From an uncultured Methanosarcinaceae archaeon (lineage in GTDB: Archaea; Halobacteriota; Methanosarcinia; Methanosarcinales; Methanosarcinaceae): DNA of 64,000 bases. Shown here one piece after another: positions 1 to 11,429 of the stretch. The DNA lies in assembly GCA_963727895.1 (NCBI GenBank), contig CAVSHT010000011.1, positions 96,001 through 160,000 of the forward strand, read 5' to 3'. A program made the position numbers and the translations under genes. Numbering within the stretch: the stretch's first letter is position 1; each line of letters starts with the position of its first letter. The notes under the pieces are model-generated. The model had not been told where the DNA came from. It worked only from the letters and a program-made list of their open reading frames with translations, and did not search any database.

Positions 1-1
1 A

Positions 2-166
2 GATGAACTTTTGAAATTCTCAAAAAACGCAGGAATAGACCTTATAATCATGGGAACACTTGGAAAAACAGGGCTTGAAAGATTTTTACTGGGAAGCGTA
101 GCAGAAAAAGTGATAAGACATTCAAAAACACCGGTAATGATCGTAAAAGGCGAAATCAAAAAATAA
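2..166 (+). CDS. Universal stress protein (UspA family), 3' end only
   Basis: Frame 2 reads [49 protein letters not shown], the USP C-terminal motif; stop at 164-166. Confidence 0.9.
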   Translation, partial: DELLKFSKNAGIDLIIMGTLGKTGLERFLLGSVAEKVIRHSKTPVMIVKGEIKK

Positions 167-286
167 AAGACTATTACCTTTATTATATAAGAGCTATTAT
201 TTTGCTAAAAATAGAATCGATAATTGAAGAACTGCTATTTATTAAGAAAGAACTTTTTAAAAAGAAAAGGTGCTCTTTAAGAGCCC

Positions 287-1597
287 TTAACCTATAATAC
301 TCATGTCCGAAACTCGGATGGAGGGAGTGATTATTCCTCCTACTTTCCTAACATCAAATCCTGCCCCTGTGATCTGTTTCAAAAGTTCAAAGGCATTTCC
401 TGAAATCATAAGGGATTTAATAGGCTTATCAAGAGCCCCATCTTTAATTGTGAAAGCATTTCTTGCTTCTATGGAAAAGTCTCCTGAAATTGAATTTGCC
501 GTGTGAGCACCGATTACTGTATTTACGAAAACCCCAGATTTCGTATCAGCAATAACATCCATCTGAGGATAATCAATGATAAAGTTCCTGAGCCCTACAG
601 AAGGGGCGCTTGTATAAAAAGACCTTGAACCATTTCCTGTACTCTTTATGCCTTCTTTTCCTGCAGTATAACTGTCATAAAGGTAAGTTTCAAGAACACC
701 TTTCTCAATTACGGTAGTACGTTGTGAAGGAACACCTTCGTCATCCGATGCTGAAGTATCAATTCCTGCTTCAATAAGTCCGTCATCGTAGATATTGAGT
801 TCCGGAACTGCCAGCTCTTCCCCGAGTTTTCCGATCAAACCAGATCTTCCTTTCTGGATATTATCCGCATCGATGGAAGGAGCAAAAGCTTCCTCAATAA
901 TATCTGATAAAGCAAAGGGATGAAAAATTACATCAGTCTTTTGGGGTTCGACCTTTATTCCACCATTAGACTTAAGGGCAAGCTCAGATGCGTTCTTTCC
1001 TATTGAAAAGAAATCAATATCAAGAGAACGGGAAACTGCGAAGTCATAGGCCGTAGAAGTCTGTCCATTTACCGTAATTACATCTACAAAACCGGAAACT
1101 GCTGTGGATTCTTCCTCAATTTCTACACCATTGGTGTTCAGGATAAGTTGCTTACCTTTTGCTCTGGTAAAGCCACCAGACGTTGGGAGAGTGCCTGGAA
1201 CTTCTTTTGTGCCTTCTACAAGTGCAAGAGCGTACTCAATACAGGCTTCAAGTTCCAAAGACTCGACTTTTTTATCGAAAATACCTGAGACAGCTGGATA
1301 TTTCTCATTAGAAGGAAGACTTACCCAATCAGGGTCATTTTCCCTTACCTTTGCTTCAGAAACAGCAACTTCAACAGCGTTTTCTATTTGTGCTGCCGAA
1401 TTCGTACTTGCAAAACCAATAGCTCCGTTTACTACAGCTCGAATTCCGATACCTTCCGAAAAACGGTCTTTAGCGTTTTCTATGGCATCTTTTTTAAAGT
1501 TCACACCTGTAGAATGATTTGAAGCATAATAGATTTCGGCTTCTTCGGCCCCTGCTTTCTCTGCAAGCTTAAGGGCTTTCCTTGCAAGCTCATACAT
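287..1597 (-). CDS. pmbA: PmbA/TldE family protein
   Basis: 436 aa; TldD/PmbA motifs (DDEGVP, SGDFS) without HExxH; directly downstream of tldD. Confidence 0.9.
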   Translation of the reverse strand: MYELARKALKLAEKAGAEEAEIYYASNHSTGVNFKKDAIENAKDRFSEGIGIRAVVNGAIGFASTNSAAQIENAVEVAVSEAKVRENDPDWVSLPSNEKYPAVSGIFDKKVESLELEACIEYALALVEGTKEVPGTLPTSGGFTRAKGKQLILNTNGVEIEEESTAVSGFVDVITVNGQTSTAYDFAVSRSLDIDFFSIGKNASELALKSNGGIKVEPQKTDVIFHPFALSDIIEEAFAPSIDADNIQKGRSGLIGKLGEELAVPELNIYDDGLIEAGIDTSASDDEGVPSQRTTVIEKGVLETYLYDSYTAGKEGIKSTGNGSRSFYTSAPSVGLRNFIIDYPQMDVIADTKSGVFVNTVIGAHTANSISGDFSIEARNAFTIKDGALDKPIKSLMISGNAFELLKQITGAGFDVRKVGGIITPSIRVSDMSIIG

Positions 1598-1599
1598 AT

Positions 1600-2955
1600 T
1601 CAGGCACCTCCAACAAGAGCTTTTGATACAGCGAGGTGAGGAGAACCATCAGATACAGAAACAAGTTGTCCTGCTTTTCCACATCTGCCTGCAGTCATTT
1701 TCAGGTCTTTACCCACAAGAGCCACATGATTGAGAATCTCAAGAGTTTTGCCAGAGAGAGAAACATCCCTTATAAGTTCGGTGAGTTCTCCATTCCTTAT
1801 CAGATACCCTTTTTCGGCATTGAACTGGAAAATCCCTTCTCCGGTATTCACCTGTCCTCCTCTGGACCCTATGAGATACATCCCATCTTTTACTTCTTCA
1901 AGCATTTCTTCAAACTTAGCATCCCCATTATCTATGAAAGTATTGCTCATCCTGACAACGGGCATGGAATATCCCTGAGCCCTGCAGTTTCCGGGAGTTC
2001 CTCCAAGTTTCGCTGCAGTTTCCCTTGAGTGCAGATAAGAATTAAAGACTCCGTTTTTGATTATTTCTGTCTTTCTTGATTGCGACCCTTCAGCATCAAA
2101 AGGATAGTATCCGAATTCATGTAGAGTAGGATCATCAATAATAGTAACGAGGGGTGATGCAATCTGTTCTCCTATCCTGTTCTCAAGAATAGAATCTCCT
2201 TCGAGAACGAGATCAGCTTCCGAAGCATGTCCAACAGCTTCATGGGCAAAGACACCAGCCAGTTCTTGATCAAGAATCACAGGCATTTCTCCACCCTTTG
2301 GAGTTTTCGCATTAAGGAGTTCAACTGCGGAATTTCCTGCCTTATTTCCGAGTTCCAGAACATTTTCTTTCTCAAAAAGCTCGTATCCGTACCCAAAACG
2401 ACTTTCTCTTCCTGCCTGATATATATCATTCTCCGAAGCGACTGCAGAGACTGCAAAACCGACGTTCAGAAGTTCATAAGCACATTCAATACCATCGGAA
2501 CTCCTGTATTCAACTTTAAACTCAGATTCCAGGTACATTACTCTGGTACTGCTGACACCTTTTACTTTTGCATTGGTTTCGATACTCTTTAAAAGGTCGA
2601 CTTTTTCCTCAATAGGCACATCTCTTGGGTCAATTTTGATTTCAGGAAGATTCTTTACTTCTGGATTATTTATAATCGCAATTTCTACGTCTTCCTTGGG
2701 GGTATTGGCATTCATAGAAAAAGCAAGTTTTGAAGCAGCCTCAACACCTTTTTTGAGATCTATATCTCCTTCTACAGAAGTATAGCCCCAGGAACCTCCA
2801 CAAAGAGCCCTTAAACCAGCTCCCTTTGTAAAGTTTCTGGATATTTCTTCAATCTTTCCGTTATCCAGGATAATAGAGGATGAACTACCCTCAATTACCC
2901 TGCAGTCATAAAATTTAATATCCTGCATAATGCCTGTCATGATTAATTCCTGCAC
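1600..2955 (-). CDS. tldD: TldD metalloprotease (true start may be a few codons downstream)
   Basis: HEAVGH zinc motif, RMSNTF, CGKAGQ..VSDGSPH. Confidence 0.92.
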   Translation of the reverse strand: MQELIMTGIMQDIKFYDCRVIEGSSSSIILDNGKIEEISRNFTKGAGLRALCGGSWGYTSVEGDIDLKKGVEAASKLAFSMNANTPKEDVEIAIINNPEVKNLPEIKIDPRDVPIEEKVDLLKSIETNAKVKGVSSTRVMYLESEFKVEYRSSDGIECAYELLNVGFAVSAVASENDIYQAGRESRFGYGYELFEKENVLELGNKAGNSAVELLNAKTPKGGEMPVILDQELAGVFAHEAVGHASEADLVLEGDSILENRIGEQIASPLVTIIDDPTLHEFGYYPFDAEGSQSRKTEIIKNGVFNSYLHSRETAAKLGGTPGNCRAQGYSMPVVRMSNTFIDNGDAKFEEMLEEVKDGMYLIGSRGGQVNTGEGIFQFNAEKGYLIRNGELTELIRDVSLSGKTLEILNHVALVGKDLKMTAGRCGKAGQLVSVSDGSPHLAVSKALVGGA

Positions 2956-5039
2956 CCAAAAAGATTCTTAGCCTGTACGGAATTGGGTGAAACCTCAGGA
3001 ATATCGAAGTTGAGCTTTGCAAGGTTTCGGAGTTTTTCAATAATAGAGTTCTTTCTTGGACCCACAAGGCTGTGTTCCATTACTTCCGCAATAGAGGAGA
3101 CAGGAATGATCTGAATTTTTTCCCTATATGCCTTTTCGATAAGGACATCTGCCTCGTTTGCCTTCGGGATAATGACTTTCTTAATTCCGGCCCGAGCTGC
3201 AGCCTCGATTTTATAGGTAACTCCGCCTACAGGCAGAACATCTCCCCGGACTGAAAGGGACCCTGTCATTGCCACGGTCTGATCCACAGGAATCTTTTCG
3301 ATGGCAGATATGACAGCTGTTGCAATGGAAACCGATGCACTGTCTCCTTCGACACCTTCATAGGTCCCCACAAACTGGATATGGACGTCATGTCTGGATA
3401 TGTCCGTACCTGTCATGTTCTTAATTACTGCAGAGACATTTAGCACTGCTTCCTTTGCAATCGTTTTAAGCTTACCTGTTGCTATAATACGCCCTTCGGA
3501 TCCGGAAAGTGCCGGGGTGACTTCGGATACTATAGGAAGTACAATTCCGGAATCTCCACCCATGACTGCAAGCCCGTTGACCCTACCCACAGCAGAACCA
3601 TCTTTTATGAAGGATTCATATTCCTTACGATGATCCAGGTAATTGTCTGCGAGCTGCTGTTCGATAGACCTTGCAATCTTCTTTGCTGCAAGTACATGTT
3701 CTGCAGTTGTGACTGAAGCGCCTTCGGAATGGGCAACGTCTCCTGCCACGCGTACAAGTCCACCAAGGTCACGAAGCTTCAGGGTAAGGTGTCCTTTTCT
3801 ACCTGCCCTTCTTCTGGCTTCCCTGATAACTTCTTCTACTGCGTTTTCATCAAAGTGAGGAATATGTCCATCTCTAACAACTTCCTGGGCAACAAAACGA
3901 ACCATTTTCTTACGGTTTTCAGGAGTATCTTCCATGGAATCCTGCATGTAGACTTCGTAACCATAACCCTTTATTCTGGACCTGAGTGCAGGATGCATTT
4001 TCTGCACAGCATCAAGGTTTCCTGCAGAAACCATAATAAAGTCACAAGGTACTGGCTCAGTTTTTACAAGTGCACCTGAACTTCTCTCAGACTGTCCAGT
4101 AATTGGATATTCCTTTTCCTGGAGAGCGGTCAGAAGACTCTGCTGAGACTCCAATCTGAGGGTATTGATTTCGTCAATAAAGAGCACACCTTTGTGGGCC
4201 TTGTGAATGTCTCCAGCTTCTACTCTGTCATGAGCAGGAGTCTCAAGTCCACCTGACTGGAATGGGTCGTGCCTTACATCCCCAAGCAGAGCTCCGGCAT
4301 GAGCTCCAGTTGCATCGATGTAGGGTGCGTGTTCTTTGTCATAATTTGAAACCGCCAATTTTGGAATCATCATTTCTTCTTTCGGCAAGAACTGGCGCGT
4401 TAACATGAGAATCATAATGCCTGCGATAATACCCCAGAGCAATTGACCAACAAAATAAGAGTAGATGACAATAGCCACAACAAAAAGCATCATGAGCATA
4501 TTTCTGGCCTGGGCTTTCTTCCTGGCCTCCATCTTGTGAGCCATGACGATTTCTCTACCCTTTCCTGCAGGAACCTCCCTTATTTTAGGGTTGTTCAGGT
4601 CTTCCATATTAGGATAGACGAGAATATCTTTAAGCTCTTCTTTAGGAAGAAGTTCTGCCATTGCTTTTGCAAGTAGAGATTTTCCTGTTCCGGGAGTTCC
4701 TATCATCATGATGTGCCGTCTCTGGCCAGCCGCTTTTTTTACTACTTCTACGGCATGCTCCTGACCCAGCACCTGGTCAATAAGAAGTTTGGGTACATCT
4801 ATATTAGAAGTATCTTCAAAAGAGAAGCCGATGTCAACATCATCGTCATCCGTGTCGCGATTGGACTCAGACTCGGCCATTTGATTGGATTCAGGCCCAG
4901 TCATACCCCTACTGGACTCGTCCTTCTCCTGATCGGCCGTAGACTTGTCTACTTCTTGGATTGACTCATCTGTATTTTGAACAGGTTCGTCTATCTTCCC
5001 AGCAGACACGTCTATGTTCTGATTATTATTATATACCAT
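2943..5039 (-). CDS. lonB: Membrane-anchored ATP-dependent protease LonB
   Basis: Walker A GTPGTGKS, two-TM insertion, LFIDEI Walker B, GDSAS catalytic Ser, PVGGVTYK catalytic Lys. Confidence 0.96.
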   Translation of the reverse strand: MVYNNNQNIDVSAGKIDEPVQNTDESIQEVDKSTADQEKDESSRGMTGPESNQMAESESNRDTDDDDVDIGFSFEDTSNIDVPKLLIDQVLGQEHAVEVVKKAAGQRRHIMMIGTPGTGKSLLAKAMAELLPKEELKDILVYPNMEDLNNPKIREVPAGKGREIVMAHKMEARKKAQARNMLMMLFVVAIVIYSYFVGQLLWGIIAGIMILMLTRQFLPKEEMMIPKLAVSNYDKEHAPYIDATGAHAGALLGDVRHDPFQSGGLETPAHDRVEAGDIHKAHKGVLFIDEINTLRLESQQSLLTALQEKEYPITGQSERSSGALVKTEPVPCDFIMVSAGNLDAVQKMHPALRSRIKGYGYEVYMQDSMEDTPENRKKMVRFVAQEVVRDGHIPHFDENAVEEVIREARRRAGRKGHLTLKLRDLGGLVRVAGDVAHSEGASVTTAEHVLAAKKIARSIEQQLADNYLDHRKEYESFIKDGSAVGRVNGLAVMGGDSGIVLPIVSEVTPALSGSEGRIIATGKLKTIAKEAVLNVSAVIKNMTGTDISRHDVHIQFVGTYEGVEGDSASVSIATAVISAIEKIPVDQTVAMTGSLSVRGDVLPVGGVTYKIEAAARAGIKKVIIPKANEADVLIEKAYREKIQIIPVSSIAEVMEHSLVGPRKNSIIEKLRNLAKLNFDIPEVSPNSVQAKNLFGCRN

Positions 5040-5564
5040 AGTTAGCTCACATATTAGGACGTTATTGAATAGACGTTACTGATCGATATATATACTTGAC
5101 GTTTTAGAAAAAATAACCAGATTAGTGATAAAGTGATTGGCAAAAGTTGGTGTCACAATAAAGAGTTTTTCAATATACTGTAACCCCTTCCATACTTTGG
5201 CTAATTATATAAACTTACAGTATATAAAATTAACCTACGCCACATATACAATATATAGAAACCTTTCGTTATATAGAAACTTTTCGTTATATACGATTTA
5301 ACTAAAATTCAATTTGATTTGGAAATGAAATAGAAAATAATTCAAAATCAATGTTCAATAAATAAATGTTTAATTATAGATTTGGCTATATTATGATATT
5401 TCTCCTATATATAAATTGAGCATTATTTACTGATTCAAAGTTAATTCAAAACCAACTAAAACCTGGATAGGAAAGTTCAAAACTGGTTTAGAGAGAATTT
5501 AAAGATGATTCCGGGCGGATACAGAGATGATTTAGAGATGCCTCTGAGAGGATACAAATATGGT

Positions 5565-5759
5565 TTAGAAATTACTTAGAAATTACTTAGAAATTATTTA
5601 GAAATTATTTAGAAATTACTTAGAAATTACTTAGAAATTACTTAGAAATTATTTAGAAATTACTTAGAAATTACTTAGAAATTACTTAGAAATTATTTAG
5701 AAATTACTTAGAAATTACTTAGAAATTACTTAGAAATTATTTAGAAATTATTTAGAAAT
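5565..5759. repeat. 11-bp tandem repeat TTAGAAATTAY, about 17-18 copies
   Basis: Directly visible; only the last base varies (C/T). Confidence 0.97.
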
Positions 5760-5909
5760 AATTATGATTGATAAGAAGATCGTTCAGACTGGTCAGAGAG
5801 AACATAGAGAAAAGTAAAATAGATTTTAAAGAAATGCCAAAACTTAATATTTGATACCCATAAACCGACATCGATAGCTATTTAAAAAAATAAGAGGCTT
5901 TTTTCTCTT

Positions 5910-6791
5910 ATGGCCAGAAGTAAGGTAAGAAATATTCTCCTTTTGAAGCAAATACACAGCGCAGTGTCCCAGATCAAGAAAGGTAACCTGGATAAAGCTC
6001 TTGAAACCTTAAAAAAAGCTGAAGATTCAGCAAGGAAAGCAAAAGCTACTGATGCCGTATATTATATTCTTTTTATGCGCGGAGGCATCTATTATACTGA
6101 GGCAAAATATGATGAAGCCCTCGAAACCTACGAAAAAGCGCTTGATGCAGGTTCAGAACTCCTTAAAACCAACCCTGAAAATACCGATTACCATCACTAC
6201 ATGGGCACAACCCTGAGTAATACAGGAAATCTTCTCAAAAGTAAAGGCAAAAAGCCGGAAGCTGTCGAATACTATATCCGTGCCCGTGAAATCTATGTAA
6301 ACCTCCTGGCAAAGGAACCTGAAAATGTAGTTTTCCGATCCGCTGCCGGCGAGAACCTGAATAACTATGCAGCTTTCCTTATGGACATGGGATCTTTTGA
6401 AGAAGCATGTGAAGTTCTCAAACAGGCGATTGAGCTTTATGAAAAGCTTCTCGAGGAAAAACCCGACAACCCCGGCTATCAGGCTGAACTCTCAGAGACA
6501 CTCAGCCAGCTCGGAAACTGCCTCATAAAACAGGGCTCAGAAAACTATGATACCGCAAAACAGAGCCTTGAAAGAGCCCTCAATATGCAGGAAAATATTA
6601 TCTCCCAGCAGCCAAACGATAAGAATATTAAAGAATCCATTGCTTTAACCCGAGAAAGACTCGAAAAATTGGAAGAGCTAGAAAAGTCGAAAAAGCTGGA
6701 AGAACATGAAGAATCAGAAAAACTGGAAGAGCTGGAAGAAATAGAAAAATCAGAAAAACTAGAAAAAACAGAAAAGCTGGAAAAACTTTGA
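5910..6791 (+). CDS. Tetratricopeptide repeat protein with low-complexity E/K tail
   Basis: Repeated TPR motifs (TLSNTGNLL, NLNNYAAFL, TLSQLGNCL); tail of EKLEE repeats. Confidence 0.88.
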   Translation: MARSKVRNILLLKQIHSAVSQIKKGNLDKALETLKKAEDSARKAKATDAVYYILFMRGGIYYTEAKYDEALETYEKALDAGSELLKTNPENTDYHHYMGTTLSNTGNLLKSKGKKPEAVEYYIRAREIYVNLLAKEPENVVFRSAAGENLNNYAAFLMDMGSFEEACEVLKQAIELYEKLLEEKPDNPGYQAELSETLSQLGNCLIKQGSENYDTAKQSLERALNMQENIISQQPNDKNIKESIALTRERLEKLEELEKSKKLEEHEESEKLEELEEIEKSEKLEKTEKLEKL

Positions 6792-6807
6792 GTTAGAGGT
6801 TATTAAG

Positions 6808-7229
6808 TTAGAGATTATCTTTTGAAAAGAGCAGCATGTGTAGATAAAGTAAAATCAGCAGACCTGCAACGATCCCAGAGACGAACTGGAAAGTAAAGTA
6901 TGAATAAATGACCAGCACAAGCACAAAGAGGGTAATAAGAATGTTTGCAAGCCTTACTTTCCTTTTTATTTCAGGATCTTGCGGAGTCCCAGCTTCTTCT
7001 TCATCAAGATTACATTCCCTGAAGTAACTTCTTTCTCTTTTCATTAGGAAATAAAGCCTCAGAATAAGAATATCAATAACTATACCCCAAAAAAGCTGAC
7101 CTATATAAAAGGTATAAAAGAGGACGGCTGCAAGAAAGATACCAACAAGTATGAGATATAGTTTCTCTCGATTTCTAATTTCAGGAATCTCGATTTTATC
7201 CTTCCCCTGAGTCTCTATTTATTATTCAT
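6808..7229 (-). CDS. Small 4-TM membrane protein made of two copies of a LonB-like membrane hairpin; 1-nt frameshift just after the likely ATG at 7229
   Basis: Frame of the 78-aa ORF stays open to 7218. It contains FYTFYIGQLFWGIV and VIYSYFTFQFVSGIVAG, versus LonB VIYSYFVGQLLWGIIAG. Confidence 0.7.
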
Positions 7230-7530
7230 ATTTTATTTTCCTATTTACATTATTTACCTTTTCCTAAATACTCTTTTTAGAAGTCAACAAACATCAAATT
7301 ATTCAAAAATATCTGTTTCAAGCGGTGAATAAATAAAATAATCTAATATCTAATTCCTAAATGCTGTAATCAGCCATCTGAGTCCGAATTTGCCCACGCG
7401 CCTGCAGCGCGGCTTTTCCCAGAATGTAAAGAAAGAAAAGCAAATCATCTCTTATTCGCACACTTTTTATTACCATCTTTATCGTAAAAGATCGCAATAT
7501 TTAAGCCATCCTAAATTTATTCTTTTATTT

Positions 7531-10328
7531 ATGTCCGAGAGTTTGAGAGATTCAGCAATAAATTACTTCAATGAAGCTTTAGAGCTAATGGTAAAAAATC
7601 AGAACAAGGAAGCCTTAGAAGTACTTGAAAAAGCTGAAGAAGCTGCATACCAGACAAAAGCAAATGACATTTTTCGTTATGTTCAGAGTTTAAAAGGACA
7701 TCTACTACAAACATTAGGAGAATATGAAGAAGCCCTGAATCTCCATTCTCTTGCCATAAAAGCTGCTGAAGAGCTTTTTGTAACAGATCCTGATAACGAA
7801 TTTTATCAGTCAATTATTCAAATGAACCTTGACGAAATTATTACTCTTGGAAACTTATTCTATAACACAGGACGTTTTCTTCAAGCAAAAAATTGCTATG
7901 AACTACATCTTTTAATCTCTCAAAAACTTCTTGAAAACGACCCCGAAAACGTAGCTTACCAATCATCTGTAGCAATGACACTAAACAATTTAGGAATTTT
8001 GCTTAAAAATATGGGGCGCATTGAAGAAGCGAAACAAAGGTACGAAAAAGCACTTGAAATTTACACCGAACCTATGCAATACCTGACAATAGGTAGAAAG
8101 TCTCATTCGATAATGAAACTTGTTGAGTTAAATACAGAACAGGCAAAAAAAGGCAATCAATATGATCAAATGAAATGCCTGAAAGAAGCAATCGAGCTAT
8201 GTAAAAGAAATCAGGATTTTTTTATAAAATATGAGCTGAAGCACGAAAGAGAGCTGGTTATTGGGTCAGAATTGAGTGCATATATTAGTTTTTTGCTCAA
8301 AAACATCAGAGCTGAGCCCGATACAGGAAAACGTGCAGATGAATATGAAAAAGCTATAAAAACAGTTGAAAAGCTAAAATCTGTTGAAGAAGATGAGGCT
8401 ATTTCAAAACTCTGTGATTCTATCTCATATTACCTTTCGGGAAGAAAACTTGTAAACGAAGCGCTTTCTTCAAAGCAGCCTGACTTGGAACGACTTAAAC
8501 AGGCAATGGAACAGTTCAAGAAAGCAACTGAAACGTATGAAAAAGCAAATGTTTGCTACTGCGTCTATACCGGTCTATTTGAAGTTATGAAGGAAATTGA
8601 AAAATCTGAAGAAGTAGATATACCAAAGTTGAAAAAGGTTGTAGAAGAAGTTACCCAAACTCTATCTGATGATGTCAACCCAAACATCTGCAATTCGTTT
8701 AAGGATCTCCCGCAGATCTTTGAAGAAAAAGACTATAAAACCAGAGATAAACTTCTTTTTGATTTTTTAGAAAAAATTAACTCAATTGAATATCGACCTC
8801 TTGAAAACCTTTTTGAGTATATCCACAAAAGAACAAAGGACTATATTGAGGAACCTTTCAGCCCTAATCTTTTTTACAACAACTGGAAGCTCAGAATTAG
8901 ATTTGATGCTGAAAAAATAAAAGGTAAATTGACCATAAAAACAGCAAATACCATTCTTTTCAACCGCGCACTGAGCAAAGAAGAAATCAAAGACAATGAA
9001 ATTGAAATTGATTATCTGGAAATAAGGTATATTCCCAGCGGTGAAGATACAATTATCTTTGAAACTCAACTCAGAAACCAGTGATAAGAGATCTTGATTA
9101 CTCAGAAACAATAAGCAAAAATAAAAAAGCTCGAATCTTTTTGCACGATTGCTGTAACGGTGTCTGTACTGCAGGGGAATTGAAAGTTGCAGCTGTGCAG
9201 TTAAGATACGATGTTTATGGTGAAGACTCAGCAGTAAAAATCCTGGAAAATGAAGCATATAAAAGAAAAGTAATGGCAATTCTTGAAGCTGTGAAAGGAG
9301 AAGCTTATATTGTCGTATTCCCTGAGTTTTCTATACCATTTGACTAATACCATTTGACTATCTTGAAGATGTACAGAAATATGCAAATGAAACTGGAATA
9401 ATTGTTTTTGCTGGTACACACTACGTTACAGACGAAAATCTTGAGAAATACGAAAAACTCTTCGCTTCTGAATTTACAGAAGAAGATTTCCGAAAGAACA
9501 TCTGTCCAATTGTAATTCCAAATTCAAAAATAATACACAGTGAAAAGATGTTTGGAGCAAAAGAAGAACGCGATCTATTTTTTCACAAAGGTATGAAAGC
9601 AGGGAAAAGTTAACCATATTTTCAAACTGCGGGATAACCTTAACCTTGGAGTTCTTATCTGCTTTGAATACATTACTAACGAACTTAGACACCGCCTGAT
9701 TTCGACCTGTGATGTAATTATTGTACCTCAGACAAATCCCCGTCCTGAAAGATTCTATGGTGTTGCAAAGAACGATCTGAATAGCCCTCTTTGTGCTGGA
9801 AATAAAACGTGCATAATGGCTAATGGTATTTTCAGAATAGGAAAAATGAAAAATGGTCAGTTTGAACCGAATAAAGATAAAATTGAGGGAGGATCATCCG
9901 GAGTTCTACTAACTCTCGACAAAGATACATATAAAATGCAGGATGAAGGAATAATTTCCCATGTTAAAGATCAAAAAGAGCAGTTTATTTTGCTGGCTAC
10001 CATAGATACCCAATTTTCCGCTTCAAAAGACTTGCAAACAGGACCAGAACCAATAAAAACATAGTTCATACATATCTTTGAAGAGAATGAAATACGTCTA
10101 ATTAAGGCTGAAAACATTAAAACAGAAGATGCAGAAGAATTTTTGACTTTAATAAGGAATATCAATGATTGTAAAGATCGAAAAGAAATTAAAAATTTAA
10201 TAGAAAAAAATAGCTCCCTGATTGAGAAATACTCACCGCTTATGCATGAAAATACTGAGAACCTGAATAATCTGGATTTTGAGGAAATAAAGGAAAAATG
10301 TCGATACATCTTTATTCCGATCAGCTAA
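7531..10328 (+). pseudogene. TPR plus carbon-nitrogen hydrolase (nitrilase-like) fusion, disrupted
   Basis: N-terminal TPRs, then KVAAVQL, VVFPEFS (Glu), SEKMF (Lys) and VLICFEY (Cys) across frames. Frameshifts near 9075, 9333-9360 (14-bp duplication) and 9610; in-frame TAG at 10062. Confidence 0.8.
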
Positions 10329-10529
10329 AGAATACAAAAATTTTTTTGGTTCATTTCCATTCCCATCCTGTAATTTTAAAAATTCACTTTCTTATAGGCC
10401 GCTCTCTTTCGTCGAGCGTGAAAAGCTCCATTAAAGACGCTACTATCCAGTTCCAGTTAATAAGCAATCAAAATACTGAAAAAAGGTAGAAAAATATTAT
10501 GTTAGCTAAAAAGTCCCGGCCTTGCCTTA

Positions 10530-10739
10530 TTATGTAAACAGGTCAAAAATATTTCCAAGCATGCTGCTGTCGGCTCGGTAGAATTCGGTATATTTGCAGC
10601 GCGTACAGGTAACATGGGTGAATTTTTTGTTCTGGACATCGAAAAGTTTGCTGAGAAAGCCGCCTATGGTGCGGATCTCGCCGATTTCATAGGTAGTGTT
10701 TCCGCATTTGGGGCAGATGAAATTAATATCTTTACTCAT
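10530..10739 (-). CDS. Small zinc-ribbon protein (DUF2082-like)
   Basis: CPKC...SKLFDVQNKKF..VTCTRCKYTEFY pattern; GAGG RBS upstream. Confidence 0.85.
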   Translation of the reverse strand: MSKDINFICPKCGNTTYEIGEIRTIGGFLSKLFDVQNKKFTHVTCTRCKYTEFYRADSSMLGNIFDLFT

Positions 10740-10952
10740 TTTGTTGCCTCTTAATTCTGTAATTCTGTATTAGATTATATAAAAGTTGAGATACCTTTAC
10801 TATTGCGATAGTTAATAGTGTTGCACGAAATTAAAAAATTGACATGGTTGGAGAAAAAGACCGAATTTTCAGTTTGGAAGGGAAAAACTGGACAGAAAAA
10901 ATATTTGCAGGAAAGAGATATTAGAAAAGAGGATAATTACTGAGTAAGAACC

Positions 10953-11429
10953 ATGAAAACAAAACCAATAATTGTAATTGCCCTTCTCATTTCGGCTGCT
11001 TTACTGGCTGCTAGAATGGTTCCTGGAAACAGCGCCGACCAATTTCAAGAAGGAAAATACATTCACGTTGACAGTATAGAGATCCAGTTTGAAAAGACTG
11101 ATGCAGCTGTCAGTATAAACTATCACCTCAACCCCTTCGCTCAGGCATATGTACTCATGTTTGGCAGCAAGAATCTGGAGCCTAAGATCAAGGAGATTTT
11201 TTCGGGATTTCGTGAAGTAAAGATTCAACAAATCGGAAGATCAAGTGCTTCACTCCAGGTACTAAATATTTCTAGGGAAGAAGCCGGAAACTACCTGTGT
11301 GATTCCTATGAATTAGGAGTGCAGTCTGACGTCGTTACCTTTGTTTATCCTCCTAAAGGCAAGACAAGGAGTTATGAACATGTAAAAGTCACTCCGCCAG
11401 TTTTTTATGATTTAAATGATGGTATGTGA
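10953..11429 (+). CDS. Hypothetical exported or membrane-anchored protein
   Basis: 158 aa, N-terminal basic plus hydrophobic signal-like segment. Confidence 0.75.
   Translation: MKTKPIIVIALLISAALLAARMVPGNSADQFQEGKYIHVDSIEIQFEKTDAAVSINYHLNPFAQAYVLMFGSKNLEPKIKEIFSGFREVKIQQIGRSSASLQVLNISREEAGNYLCDSYELGVQSDVVTFVYPPKGKTRSYEHVKVTPPVFYDLNDGM

Noticed and set aside
287..2955. TldD/PmbA as the dedicated maturase of the Gly/Cys peptides
   Set aside because: 30 kb away, in a housekeeping run with lonB; no linkage evidence
5565..5759. Possible CRISPR array
   Set aside because: Contiguous 11-bp units with no spacers
7390..7530. N-terminal extension of the TPR ORF from TTG 7390
   Set aside because: Non-protein-like and overlaps a palindromic repeat; ATG 7531 is more plausible
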